Origin: an uncultured Methanosarcinales archaeon
GTDB lineage: Archaea > Halobacteriota > Methanosarcinia > Methanotrichales > Methanotrichaceae
NCBI GenBank assembly: GCA_963843555.1
Contig: CAWJKV010000010.1
Coordinates: 32,001 to 96,000, forward strand
Length of the DNA stretch: 64,000 nt
Direction of reading: 5' to 3'
Every line of letters begins with the position of its first letter. The stretch's first letter is position 1. Positions 10,768-20,786 of this stretch are shown here, piece by piece. The translations under genes were made by a program, and so were the position numbers. Below the pieces are notes generated by a model. That model saw only the letters and a program-made list of their open reading frames with translations, had not been told where the DNA came from and made no database searches.

Positions 10768-12180
10768 TTACTTGGGTGGCCAGAAATCCTTCATCCAGCC
10801 GATGATGCGTCCGGAGTCTTCTGGGCCGACCATGATCTTGGTCTTGCCCTGGAAGAGGTCCTCCAGCTCGCCGGAGAACTTGGCAGCCATTCCGGGCAGA
10901 ACCATTGCGGGGTATTTCTGAGCGGACCAGTCGAAGGCAGCCTCATTGAAGGAATCCAGGATCTTGGTCGGGCTCAGCTGGCCTCCAGCCACAGACGCCT
11001 GCACGCCGATTCCATCGGTATTGATGGCGATGATGTAGGCATCAATGCCGTTGGAGGCGATATCCGACTCTACTGTGTAGTAGGTCAGGGCGAAGTTGGT
11101 GGTCAGGAAGACCGGAGACTCAGCTCCCGGATTGCCTACCTTGTAGATACCGGGCTTTACCTGCACTGGCGTTCTTGGGTCAGTAAAGATGTTGAAGCGC
11201 AGATGCATATCCGGCATCATGCTGTAGGCCTCGAGAGAGTGCTTGATCATGATGGCTCCGCCGCGGATGACGAAGGCAGCGGTGAGCACTGACTCCCAGT
11301 ATGCGGCGCGCACGGGATCATCAGTGGTCAGCCAGGCATTGATGGGCAGAACCATGACAGGATAAGCGATATCCCTCTGAGCCTCTTCCACAGCCGCTCT
11401 CCTCAGGTTGATGAAATTGAGCAGTGTCTGCTGCAGCAGCTTGCCGTTGGGTGCAGTGCCTGGGTCCAGGATGAGATCGGTCAGGCCCATGCCGGCAAAG
11501 GTGACGGCCATGGACTTCAGGGCATCCAGATCGAAGGGAACGCTCAATGTGACGGGCACCTTGTAGTCGGAAGCCAGCTGAGCGACCTCTTTCCAGTTGT
11601 CCTTGTTGGCGGCGTAGATGAGCGGCCTGGCCTTGGCGGCAACCTCAAGTCCTGCCTTGAGAACAGCAGGATTGAAGGAGCAGAGAATGAGCGGGAAGTC
11701 CGAGTTGGCCATGACCGTCTTGACACAGGCTGCGAATTTCGCAGGGTCATCGCTCACGGAACGTACGGCAATCATCTCTACACCCTGCCACTTGCCGATG
11801 TAGAACTTGCGCCAGGTGGAGATCTTCTTGACGCGCTCCACGAGCTTTGCCTCATCCATGTTGTCAGCAACATCATAGGCAAATGGCGGCTTGTTGAAGA
11901 AGGTCATCTGGTGGCGGAACATGACGTCCTCGCCGCCGACCTTGACCTGCTTTTCTCCGACGCCAATGTATACCATTTTGAGCTCAGGAGCGACGATGCT
12001 CTTCAGAGCCTCAAGCTTCTTGGCGTACTTCTTCTCGTCTATCAGTGGAGTGCACTCCTCTACCTTCCGGGTCCTGGCGATCAGGCCGGCGGCAAAGGCC
12101 ATACAGGTCTCCTCTCCGCACTTCTTACAGTTTGTCTGTGGAAGCTGCTTGTAAAGGTTAAGCGGGCTAGTTTCCTTCAT
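10768..12180 (-). CDS. cdhE: ACDS gamma subunit (corrinoid Fe-S protein large subunit)
   Basis: LPQTNCKKCGEETCMAFA...CTP, VFLTTNFALTYYTVESD and VGPEDS. Confidence 0.97.
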   Translation of the reverse strand: MKETSPLNLYKQLPQTNCKKCGEETCMAFAAGLIARTRKVEECTPLIDEKKYAKKLEALKSIVAPELKMVYIGVGEKQVKVGGEDVMFRHQMTFFNKPPFAYDVADNMDEAKLVERVKKISTWRKFYIGKWQGVEMIAVRSVSDDPAKFAACVKTVMANSDFPLILCSFNPAVLKAGLEVAAKARPLIYAANKDNWKEVAQLASDYKVPVTLSVPFDLDALKSMAVTFAGMGLTDLILDPGTAPNGKLLQQTLLNFINLRRAAVEEAQRDIAYPVMVLPINAWLTTDDPVRAAYWESVLTAAFVIRGGAIMIKHSLEAYSMMPDMHLRFNIFTDPRTPVQVKPGIYKVGNPGAESPVFLTTNFALTYYTVESDIASNGIDAYIIAINTDGIGVQASVAGGQLSPTKILDSFNEAAFDWSAQKYPAMVLPGMAAKFSGELEDLFQGKTKIMVGPEDSGRIIGWMKDFWPPK

Positions 12181-12186
12181 TGTCTC

Positions 12187-13539
12187 TCACACCCCCATCT
12201 TGAGCCAGGCAGTGGTGTCCGGTGTCTTGGCATCAATTCTTCCCATCAGGGACTGAGTGATCTCATGCACATAGGCAACAGCCGTCGGGTGCATCATCAT
12301 GAAGATGTCCACACCGGCCATGGCCAGAGAGTATCCGGTCAAAATCTCCCAGATTGGGCCCCTGAGCATTCTGTCTCCCCAGTCGGAGTCATCTTTATTG
12401 GGTGAGCGGACCATCCATGACTCTCTGACGCCCCAGGCGTTGGTGGTGCCGGAGGACATGGGGAATGTCAGCTCTTCGTCGCCTTTCAGAGCGCCGAGCC
12501 TGATCCTCTCCATGTTGGAGTAGGCGAAGTCCAATCCGTAGGCCAGAGCGGCTGTTGTCGGGTCCATGACGATGGATTCCCTTGGAACGCCGGCGACCTT
12601 CATGAGCTTACGGTTAAGCTCCTTCTGAGAGTTGATCTCAAGCTGGGTCCAGGCGAGGCATACATGTCCGTTATCTACACAGGCCTTGCCGATCTTTTCC
12701 CAATCCATGTTCAGGTTGGCAGAGGCGATAAGAACGCGCTCGCCCTGGGCAACTTCTGCTGCTTTGGAGAGGACTATGGGATCCTTGGTGGGGTTACCGG
12801 ATCCGCCGATGCAGATTGGTACATCAACCGCTTGAAGAACCTCTTCCACGGTCTTGACTGCATCCTGGGCCGAGGTGTCCTTCAGGAGTGGATCTGTGCT
12901 GATCAGGTGAACGGTTACCATGTCGGCGCCGAACTTCTTGACTGCCTTCTTAGCCCACTCGCCTGGGGAGTTGATTACATCCTCGTAGTGCATCTTGACG
13001 GCCTTGGCCATGCCGATGGGCATGTCGAAGACGTCCATGGTGATCTTGGGCGCATGGGGCATTGGCGCATCCGGGAAGAATGGCATTGCCTTCTCGCCGC
13101 CCAGCTTTACCACGTGACCGCGGCTTCCGCCATCTGCCTTGGTGGCACCCAGAGTGACCTCTTGAATGGTGTTCCTCCAGGTCTTGTCTGTGCCGACGCT
13201 GAATTTGGCGCTGGCAAGGGCGCTGGCTACCTTAAAGGCGGGCACTGCGGCCGCTGCTGCTGCCAGGTCCTTTGGAGCCGGAGATAAGGCCTGCGCCATG
13301 GCCACGGGCTGAAGCAGGTTCTCTACTGGATAGCCTACCGCCTTGGCAAAGTTCATGAGCTGCATGGCGATCTTGGCCGCCTCCTGTCCGAAATAGTATG
13401 CAAAGAGCGGTCCCATGCCGCCAGCACCTGCATCTATCTCTATCTCTACGTCACCCTCGATTGTTAGTCCCTCGAGGGATTGAACATTCATCTCTGTTAA
13501 TGTCTTATTCAGGTCAGATAAAGTGATCTTCTCTGCCAT
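12187..13539 (-). CDS. cdhD: ACDS delta subunit (corrinoid Fe-S protein small subunit)
   Basis: [35 protein letters not shown] and [12 protein letters not shown]. Confidence 0.97.
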   Translation of the reverse strand: MAEKITLSDLNKTLTEMNVQSLEGLTIEGDVEIEIDAGAGGMGPLFAYYFGQEAAKIAMQLMNFAKAVGYPVENLLQPVAMAQALSPAPKDLAAAAAAVPAFKVASALASAKFSVGTDKTWRNTIQEVTLGATKADGGSRGHVVKLGGEKAMPFFPDAPMPHAPKITMDVFDMPIGMAKAVKMHYEDVINSPGEWAKKAVKKFGADMVTVHLISTDPLLKDTSAQDAVKTVEEVLQAVDVPICIGGSGNPTKDPIVLSKAAEVAQGERVLIASANLNMDWEKIGKACVDNGHVCLAWTQLEINSQKELNRKLMKVAGVPRESIVMDPTTAALAYGLDFAYSNMERIRLGALKGDEELTFPMSSGTTNAWGVRESWMVRSPNKDDSDWGDRMLRGPIWEILTGYSLAMAGVDIFMMMHPTAVAYVHEITQSLMGRIDAKTPDTTAWLKMGV

Positions 13540-13550
13540 TCAAATCACCC

Positions 13551-14312
13551 TCATAGGCCCAGTTTCCCGACGACCTGCGTCATCTCTTGCACTGCAGGCG
13601 ATTCATCAGGAAGGCCCATCAATGGATCTCCCACTAAATCGAATTTGGCTAGACTTTCATCATAGGGGATAGTGCCGATAACCTTCAAGCCGAGACCCTT
13701 GGCATTCTCCAGAACCTGCTCCCTTCTACCGGCAGTGACCTTGTTCACAATCACATACAGGTTCCTGTACTTCAGCTCGATCTCGCTGGCCGTGTCACGT
13801 ATGCGCTCGCCTGTGGTGAGCCCTCTCTTGGACTCGTCCGTCACCACAATGAGATCATCGAGGTCCGGAATGGTCTTCCTGCTGAAGTGCTCGAGGCCCG
13901 CAGGCGTGTCGATGAGGACAAGATCATAGTTTGCCGTGGTCTTGTCCATAATGCCGCGCAGAAGGTTGTTGACAAAACAGTAACATCCGGATCCTTCCGG
14001 CTTGCCCATGACAAGAAGATCAAATCCCTCCTCCTCCAAGAGAATCTCGAAGAGCTTGGACTCGAAAAGTACCTGCTTGTCCGTATCAGGCGAAGTTGTG
14101 AACCGGGATTGCTGCATGAACTCTCTCATGTCGCCAATGGTTTTTCCCACCTTCACACCCAGCGCGTCGGCAAGATTGGCATCAGAATCTGCATCAATTA
14201 CAAGCATCCGGTACTTTTTTCCGGAATTCTTTACGAGATGTCTTATGAGCATCGCGGTCACGGCTGTCTTGCCGGTGCCGCCCTTACCGGTTACCGCTAT
14301 TACTTTCCCCAA
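13551..14312 (-). CDS. cooC: CooC/AcsF nickel-insertion ATPase
   Basis: GKGGTGKT, GSGCYC and AGLEHFSR, inside the cdh operon. Confidence 0.92.
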   Translation of the reverse strand: MGKVIAVTGKGGTGKTAVTAMLIRHLVKNSGKKYRMLVIDADSDANLADALGVKVGKTIGDMREFMQQSRFTTSPDTDKQVLFESKLFEILLEEEGFDLLVMGKPEGSGCYCFVNNLLRGIMDKTTANYDLVLIDTPAGLEHFSRKTIPDLDDLIVVTDESKRGLTTGERIRDTASEIELKYRNLYVIVNKVTAGRREQVLENAKGLGLKVIGTIPYDESLAKFDLVGDPLMGLPDESPAVQEMTQVVGKLGL

Positions 14313-14325
14313 TGTCTAGCCTTCC

Positions 14326-14499
14326 TTATTTCTTCGGTTTTATGACAACTTCCGCTACATGGATGGATGCCCCTCTAAGTTCAATGGTCATTCCACCCGA
14401 TGATGCTGCTGGCATAGCGAAAGCCGGAGCTGCTGCTGCGCCTGCTGCTGGTGCGGCCGCGGCTGGAGCTGCTTCTTTTTTCTTAAGCTTAAGCTGCAT
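14326..14499 (-). CDS. 57-aa microprotein resembling the CdhC C-terminal tail (copy 2)
   Basis: MQLKLKKKEAAPAAAAPAAGAAAAPAFAMPAASSGGMTIELRGASIHVAEVVIKPKK, with GAGGGAG RBS. Confidence 0.75.
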   Translation of the reverse strand: MQLKLKKKEAAPAAAAPAAGAAAAPAFAMPAASSGGMTIELRGASIHVAEVVIKPKK

Positions 14500-14580
14500 A
14501 ATATCTCCCTCACTTTTAATCAAGACAGTTGCACTCGCGAAAACCGCATCTCCCAAAAAAAGGGAGAAGAAGGCGGCACT

Positions 14581-14748
14581 CTACTTAGCGAGTGTTACCT
14601 TGTCTATGCTTATCTTGGCATCCTTCAGAATCAGCTTGATACCGCCGGCGCTGCCGGACATGCTCATAGCTGGTGCTGCTGCGCCTGCTGCAGGTGCGGC
14701 TGCTGGAGCCGCGGCTGCAGGTGTCTTTGGTTTTAGTTTTAGCTGCAT
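14581..14748 (-). CDS. 55-aa microprotein resembling the CdhC C-terminal tail (copy 1), absent from the ORF track
   Basis: Hand translation MQLKLKPKTPAAAAPAAAPAAGAAAPAMSMSGSAGGIKLILKDAKISIDKVTLAK, with GGGTGA RBS. Confidence 0.8.
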   Translation of the reverse strand: MQLKLKPKTPAAAAPAAAPAAGAAAPAMSMSGSAGGIKLILKDAKISIDKVTLAK

Positions 14749-14789
14749 AGATATTCACCCTCTTTGATTTTACTCATTCGATAAATTGC

Positions 14790-16196
14790 TCACTCGAGAA
14801 CGCCGTCAGCCTGCAGAGCCTCGACGACCTGCATGAACTGGCCTTCGGTCAGGGCGAGCTCGGACTTGACGACATCCATGTTGATGTCGCCGCCAGTCTT
14901 CTCGATATAGGCCATGACCTGTTCCTTGATCTCATCGGAGATGTCTTCGAGCTTCCAGCCCTCAGTGATCTTCTTGTTGTCGACTTTCCTGGTGACGCCG
15001 TTGACAACGGGGTGGTCGACCTTCAGCAGGAAGGCCTTAAGGGATGCGATATCCTTGGCATCTTCTTCAGTGGCGATCTTGGCCATCATATCCTCATCGA
15101 TGCCGGCCTTTACTCTCTCCTTGAGACCCTTGGACATCCAGACGATCCTTCTCCAGCCGCCGTCTGCCTGGAGGAACTTGGGCGAGAAGTAGTACAGAAT
15201 GCCCATGCCCAGGAATCCAACGACCTGCTTGCCGCCGCCTGTCTGGCCTGCCATGGTTGAGAAAGGCAGTCCGTTGGGGGTCGCGCCCTTGAAGTCACGG
15301 TCGGCTAGACCGATGCCGTCAACCTCAGGCATGAAGAAGCCGATGGTCTCGAAACATCCACAGGATGTGTGGGGCGCATCGAAGAATGTGTACAGCTTCA
15401 TGACGCTGTACTCGCCGCCCGAGCGTTTTGCTGCCATCTCATTGATTGCCTCGTACTCGCCTGCAACGGCATCCGTAGCGGTTCCCTTGGGTATGGGGAA
15501 TTGGGGGCCCTCGGGGTCCACCTTGGCGGCAGCGCGTCCATCGAACCAGGTGATAGCTCCGCACAGGGATGGCCTGTCGGGTGTGACCACGCAGGCGCTG
15601 GTGGGGGCGAATGCCTGGCACAGTGTGCAGCCGTAGAAGACGTCGACGTCCTCATCGTGCAGTCCCTTGGCGCGCTCGTCACGTGTCTTATAGACTGCCA
15701 TGGCGTTGGCCAGCTCTGCCTTTACCTTGGCGGGGTCGGTTACAATTCTGATCTCCATCTTCTCAATGAAGGGCATCTCGGCCTTGTACAGATCGATGAC
15801 GGGTGTGAATATCTCTACCCAGGAGGTGACACCCTTCTTCTGCAGGCTCTTGCCGATCCTCATCCAGATGTCGTATCTCTGGTTGAGGTGCATGAGGCCG
15901 CTGATATAGGAGAGGAGAGCGTGGTTGCGCCTCTCGATGATGGACTCCAGATCCTTCTCAATCTTCTCGCCGCCGACCTTGAATATCATGCCGAAGGGAA
16001 TGGTGGAGCCTTCCTTGACATCCTTGAGATCCGGGCCGTCTACAGTGACCTTTCCATCCTGAATCTCATCCATCGGTGCAGACAGAGATAGCTCGAATCC
16101 GTCTGCCTTGGGGCCGCCCAGCTCTACCCATAGATCGTCCTTTCTGATGCGCTCGCCCTCATACATAGGGGATATGTCCAACTTTACATCTGCCAT
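14790..16196 (-). CDS. cdhC: ACDS beta subunit (acetyl-CoA synthase)
   Basis: YEGERIRK, FYGCTLCQAFAP and PHTSCGCFE (A-cluster ligands). Confidence 0.97.
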   Translation of the reverse strand: MADVKLDISPMYEGERIRKDDLWVELGGPKADGFELSLSAPMDEIQDGKVTVDGPDLKDVKEGSTIPFGMIFKVGGEKIEKDLESIIERRNHALLSYISGLMHLNQRYDIWMRIGKSLQKKGVTSWVEIFTPVIDLYKAEMPFIEKMEIRIVTDPAKVKAELANAMAVYKTRDERAKGLHDEDVDVFYGCTLCQAFAPTSACVVTPDRPSLCGAITWFDGRAAAKVDPEGPQFPIPKGTATDAVAGEYEAINEMAAKRSGGEYSVMKLYTFFDAPHTSCGCFETIGFFMPEVDGIGLADRDFKGATPNGLPFSTMAGQTGGGKQVVGFLGMGILYYFSPKFLQADGGWRRIVWMSKGLKERVKAGIDEDMMAKIATEEDAKDIASLKAFLLKVDHPVVNGVTRKVDNKKITEGWKLEDISDEIKEQVMAYIEKTGGDINMDVVKSELALTEGQFMQVVEALQADGVLE

Positions 16197-16228
16197 TTAA
16201 TATACCTCTTCTGTTTATAAGATAAATT

Positions 16229-16792
16229 TTATTTCTTCATTGCTGCTATTACTTCATCCACTGCGGCGTGATAGTCGTCAGGAGTGAAGGCCATGTTGCC
16301 AAAGGTCATATTCGCATTGATGTGGTAATACCGATCAACGGATATGCGCTTGATGTCACGGTTGAAGTTCTTCAACGTGGCGAACATAGCATTGGCGAAC
16401 TTGTAGAAGATGCCCATGAAGATAACGGCATCGTACTGTCCCTTTCCGTCCAGCCCCTTCCAGTCCGGGAAGCGCAGGTAGTTGGTCAGGGGATGCAGGC
16501 CTATCTGATAGACGTTCTCCATGTAGCCTCTGTCTACGAAGCCCTTCACGCTGTGGGCTGTTGCCGCGATCGGTATGCCCGTCTTGCCCATCTCGATCAT
16601 CTTATCGAACATGATGGGGTCGTCAAAGAGCTCTGCTCCCACAACGAGCAGAGGCCTCTTGGCCTTCTTGATTATTGCGCCCATAACCTTCGGCATATAG
16701 CACTTAGCCTGCTCCGGTCCGGGAACCTGGGCCATCTCAAAGGGAATGGGGTTCTTGGTGGTGTCAATGCCCTTCTTTACATCTGCTGCCAT
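16229..16792 (-). CDS. cdhB: ACDS epsilon subunit
   Basis: IKKAKRPLLVVG and WKGLDGKGQYD, located between cdhA and cdhC. Confidence 0.93.
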   Translation of the reverse strand: MAADVKKGIDTTKNPIPFEMAQVPGPEQAKCYMPKVMGAIIKKAKRPLLVVGAELFDDPIMFDKMIEMGKTGIPIAATAHSVKGFVDRGYMENVYQIGLHPLTNYLRFPDWKGLDGKGQYDAVIFMGIFYKFANAMFATLKNFNRDIKRISVDRYYHINANMTFGNMAFTPDDYHAAVDEVIAAMKK

Positions 16793-16811
16793 TTTTATCT
16801 CCTCCTCACCC

Positions 16812-19229
16812 TCACTTCTTGGTCCTGATCTTCCTTGCCAGGTTGGTCGGGTCGAAGCTCACGTCCGCTGGTCTGAGTGGGCCGGATAGGAACTTCTTTG
16901 CCTTCCAGTCGACTGTCCAGCCGTGCTTTGCCTCCAACTCCTTCATCATCATATCCTTGTATGTGATGGGGAGGTCCTTGGCGTCGCGGACATAGATATG
17001 CCAGTCGTCGGGCAGCTTTCCACAATACTTCATGGAGATATCGCACCAGTGAGTCAGCTTGATCGATCTGCCGATGCTGTTATCGGACGGTCGCAGGCAG
17101 AGCTTGGCCATTTCCACCATAGCCTCTTCCTTGGACTCGGCAATGTATAGCATCGCCTCAGGTGCTGGCTCGATCTGTTGCATCTTGCCGTCGCGGGCAT
17201 CGATTACCATCCAGTCCTCTGGCTTGTCTGCCCTGCCGATAAACGAGCGGCGGTACATGACAGAATGAGGCTGAACTACCACGGGAATGCCCAGCCGGTT
17301 GCAACCTGTTGCGATTGCGGCAGCCTTCTGTGAATATGCACCCCAGGCCACACCGCAGGCACCTACTTTGTTCAGGATATAATCTGCGATATCGTCGAAG
17401 TTGCCTCTATGATTGCGGTGGGCGAAGATGGTGGCGACCTTAATCGCAGCGTCCGCTATGTTGGCGTTGGAAACGCACGATCCGGTGTTGCAGATGTTCC
17501 TGCCATCGAATCCGCCGGGATACTGCTCCCAGATGGTCTTGCCGTCTACATCCGTGTAGAGTGACATATCCATGGCCATGCATCCGGATGTGACAACGAT
17601 GTAGCCGCGGTCCACGAACTCCTTGGCCATATCGTAGCATTCCTTAGTTCCACGCGGATAGTTGCTGCATCCTACCAGAGCGATAACGCCGGGGATAGTG
17701 CCAAGCACAATTGGTGCTCCGACGGACCTGATCTCAGTGTCGCGCGCGGGGCCGCGTCCGGATCTCATCTTGAACTTCTGGTCCTTGACTGCCTGACGAT
17801 TGGCATACTCAAAGAGGTCCATGATGTTTATGTCTTGAGGACAGACCTGCTCACATCTGCCACAACCCACACAGATCTCGTACATGGACGAGAAAGCTTC
17901 CATGTTGCCCTTCTTGGCCTCGGCAACAAGTTCGCTGATTCTGGTATGAGGTGGACAGACGAAGGCACACTCATTGCATCCGGTGCATTTCTCTATGCTC
18001 GCCTTGAATTGTTCCTCTGTCATGAGGTTTTGAGTCTTGGCCTCGGCGCGCTTGGGTTTAACAGCGATGGCCGTTTTGATGCCAACGATTCCAGCCTTGG
18101 CTGGATCCAGAATGGCAACGCCTGGTACTTTGAAGCTTACCAGGTCTTCCACTATTGCATCCACTGGGTCGTTGGTCCTATCATCCAGACCAAGCATTAT
18201 TTTGTCAGTAGTGGCAATGAGTGGTATCTTGCGCTTCGATGCATCAGCCAGAACATCACACCAGACGCACTGCTCATCTACCATCACACAGTCCATGACT
18301 CCGGAGCGGACCATCTTTCTCCACCAGCCGATTGCGCCTGCGACCTTGGGCCTCTTGCCGATTCCAGCAGGAACCTTGGCTTCGCCCTTTCCGAGGCCGA
18401 TTCTGTTCAGGTCATGAGCAGTACAGCAAACACCGCCGATGTCTACCTTGTCCCAGAGATTATTTTCTTCGGCATAGATCATGGCTTCGGCGCCTGCTGC
18501 CAGGTTATGGCCGTAGGCAATCAGAACGCCCTTGTTCTGGTCCAGGGTTCCCATGCCGATCTCGATGAGCGGAGCATCTGCAGCGCCGCGAGGCATGTTG
18601 TAGGCCACGACCTGCATAACATCGCAGATCTCCATGCCCAGCAGATCCAGCATACCGGCGTGTAAAGCCTTGGACTCGAAGTCGATGAAAGCGCTCTCCT
18701 GGCCGGTATGAGTCGCTGCCAGAAGCTGAACGACTTCCTCTTCCAGATAGTTCAAGCCCTCGGCGAAATCCTTCAGGGACTTGGGCTTGCTGCCCATGAT
18801 AGTCTGGTATAAGGGAGAATCCACCAGAATTTCATCGCCCATGTCATACTTCATGTCGCCGAATTTGTCCATGCACCAGTGATAGAGATGCCTTCCATGG
18901 GCTGAATGCGCACATGTGCCCATCAGGCAGGCAATTAAAACGATCTTGCCGCATGCACCGGCCTGATCAATGCCGCATGCACCGCGCTTGTTGCCTGTAA
19001 GGTCGCATGGACCGTAGGTACACAGAGTACAAGTATCATCCGCTGGCGCGTACATGATCTTGTATCTGTTGGCAATCATATGATCCCAGTTCCGGAGCGT
19101 TGCCACACCGGGCTTGGGGCAAGGACCCATCTCCTGGTCCCACTCTTCCGCTTCCTTGACGACAGCTCCAATGTTGATCTGGACGTTCTTCATGTCCTCA
19201 ACCGAGAAGCTGCCTTGGTTAGTTGCCAT
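16812..19229 (-). CDS. cdhA: ACDS alpha subunit (Ni-CODH)
   Basis: CTLCTYGPCDL, GGVCCT, DEQC and two ferredoxin motifs. Start MATNQG after a GGAGG RBS. Confidence 0.97.
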   Translation of the reverse strand: MATNQGSFSVEDMKNVQINIGAVVKEAEEWDQEMGPCPKPGVATLRNWDHMIANRYKIMYAPADDTCTLCTYGPCDLTGNKRGACGIDQAGACGKIVLIACLMGTCAHSAHGRHLYHWCMDKFGDMKYDMGDEILVDSPLYQTIMGSKPKSLKDFAEGLNYLEEEVVQLLAATHTGQESAFIDFESKALHAGMLDLLGMEICDVMQVVAYNMPRGAADAPLIEIGMGTLDQNKGVLIAYGHNLAAGAEAMIYAEENNLWDKVDIGGVCCTAHDLNRIGLGKGEAKVPAGIGKRPKVAGAIGWWRKMVRSGVMDCVMVDEQCVWCDVLADASKRKIPLIATTDKIMLGLDDRTNDPVDAIVEDLVSFKVPGVAILDPAKAGIVGIKTAIAVKPKRAEAKTQNLMTEEQFKASIEKCTGCNECAFVCPPHTRISELVAEAKKGNMEAFSSMYEICVGCGRCEQVCPQDINIMDLFEYANRQAVKDQKFKMRSGRGPARDTEIRSVGAPIVLGTIPGVIALVGCSNYPRGTKECYDMAKEFVDRGYIVVTSGCMAMDMSLYTDVDGKTIWEQYPGGFDGRNICNTGSCVSNANIADAAIKVATIFAHRNHRGNFDDIADYILNKVGACGVAWGAYSQKAAAIATGCNRLGIPVVVQPHSVMYRRSFIGRADKPEDWMVIDARDGKMQQIEPAPEAMLYIAESKEEAMVEMAKLCLRPSDNSIGRSIKLTHWCDISMKYCGKLPDDWHIYVRDAKDLPITYKDMMMKELEAKHGWTVDWKAKKFLSGPLRPADVSFDPTNLARKIRTKK

Positions 19230-19461
19230 CGGGTTCTTAGCCTCCTCTTCCTTTGATATACGCCGCTTGAGTTCGCATAGAGTAGATAAAACACTTTCGG
19301 ATACCAATTAATATTAAAATCGAAAGATGGACTTCGAGTTCATAGTAGTAATTTTATATATCGATCACCAGGGCGCGGCGTCCGGTCTGGTCACGATCGT
19401 TAATGGAGGATTTCAGCCCACAAGTTTGAAATGCCATCACAAGAGAAGGCCACGACAATTT

Positions 19462-20556
19462 ATGATAAACCGGGTACGGAAGAGCTTTGCCTCGGCTGCG
19501 GAGTGCAAGCATGGAGGCAAAGTGCAGGAAGCGGCAGAGAGTTTAGGAGCAGAGCCGCTGGACTTTTCTGCCAATATCAATCCATTAGGCACGCCGCCTC
19601 TGAGAGAATTGTTTCTGGAAGAGCTGATGCATATTGGCCACTATCCGGATAATAGCTACAAGGACTTTCGTCGCGCCGCCGGAAAATTTGTGAATGTGAA
19701 TATGAATTGCATTGTTCCCGGAAACGGCTCCTCTGAGCTGATCAGGCTCTTTGCCGAATGCTGCTTTGAAGAGGGCGACATCAGCCTTGTGCCCACACCA
19801 TCCTTTGGCGAGTATGCCAATCAGTCCCTTCTGGCCGGAGCCGTTGTTAAAAAGGTGAATATCGGCGGTGACGGTCTTCCGCTCCTGACAGACGCCGATC
19901 TTGCCAAGGCCAAGCTGCTCTTCCTTTGCAACCCGAACAACCCTACGGGACACCTCCTGACCCGGGATCAGGTGCTCAGTCTAGCGGATAGATGCGAAGA
20001 AGCGGAAGTCTTTCTGCTCGTGGACGAGGCCTTCATTGAGCTCTCCGATCCTCAGCAGAGCGTGGCCGATCTTGCTCCGGAGAGGGAGTTCTTGTTTGTC
20101 ATGAGATCCCTGACCAAGTCCTTCGGAGTGCCCGGCCTGCGGCTGGGCTTCGGCGTGACCAATCCCATCCTGGCAGAGATCTTGAACAGGGCCAGAATTC
20201 CCTGGTCTATCGGCTCCGTTGCCGCCGCAGCAGCAGTGCACCTGCTGGGCTGCGAGGAGCATCTGGAGAGATCCCGGCAGGTCATCAGAGCTGAGCTCAG
20301 ATATCTCACCCGTGCTCTGCAAGACCTGGGCCTCGAGCCTCTGCCCAGCCGGGTCAATTTCATCCTGGTGAATGTCGGGCCCGCAGGCCTCAGCTCGGAT
20401 CTTCTGGCCGAGCGGACCATGTCTCAGGGCGTACTGGTGCGGGACTGCCAGTCCTTTGGCCTGGGAAAGAGCTACATCCGGGTAGCAGTGCGAGGCCATA
20501 GCGAGAACGAGCAGCTTATCGCCGCCCTGGAGCAGGCCCTGGCATGCAGAGACTGA
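19462..20556 (+). CDS. cobD: Threonine-phosphate decarboxylase (PLP class I/II)
   Basis: HGG...LDFSANINPLG, CNPNNPTG and RSLTKSFGVPGLRLG, upstream of cbiB. Confidence 0.85.
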   Translation: MINRVRKSFASAAECKHGGKVQEAAESLGAEPLDFSANINPLGTPPLRELFLEELMHIGHYPDNSYKDFRRAAGKFVNVNMNCIVPGNGSSELIRLFAECCFEEGDISLVPTPSFGEYANQSLLAGAVVKKVNIGGDGLPLLTDADLAKAKLLFLCNPNNPTGHLLTRDQVLSLADRCEEAEVFLLVDEAFIELSDPQQSVADLAPEREFLFVMRSLTKSFGVPGLRLGFGVTNPILAEILNRARIPWSIGSVAAAAAVHLLGCEEHLERSRQVIRAELRYLTRALQDLGLEPLPSRVNFILVNVGPAGLSSDLLAERTMSQGVLVRDCQSFGLGKSYIRVAVRGHSENEQLIAALEQALACRD

Positions 20557-20786
20557 ATTGCGAGAATTTTCCCTGCCACTCTCCCGAGCAGGACTGTTCC
20601 CTCTGCTTTTGCCCCTTCTATCCCTGCCTGGATGAGAGAACGGGCGGCAGAGAGAGGAACGGCTCCTGGTGTTGTGAGGACTGCCTGATCATACATCGAC
20701 CGAATGTGGCTGAAATGGTAGTGGACGGGCTCATGAAGGGCCAGTCCGTCTCACGGGTCTGGAAGATGCTGGAGGAGCTGCTGTGA
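20544..20786 (+). CDS. Cysteine-rich small domain (zf-like) protein
   Basis: CENFPCH...DCSLCFCPFYPC...WCCEDCLIIH. Confidence 0.85.
   Translation: MQRLNCENFPCHSPEQDCSLCFCPFYPCLDERTGGRERNGSWCCEDCLIIHRPNVAEMVVDGLMKGQSVSRVWKMLEELL

Noticed and set aside
14312..14767. 151-aa Ala-rich plus-strand ORF
   Set aside because: It is the antisense shadow of the two minus-strand microgenes, which have RBSs and match operon orientation.
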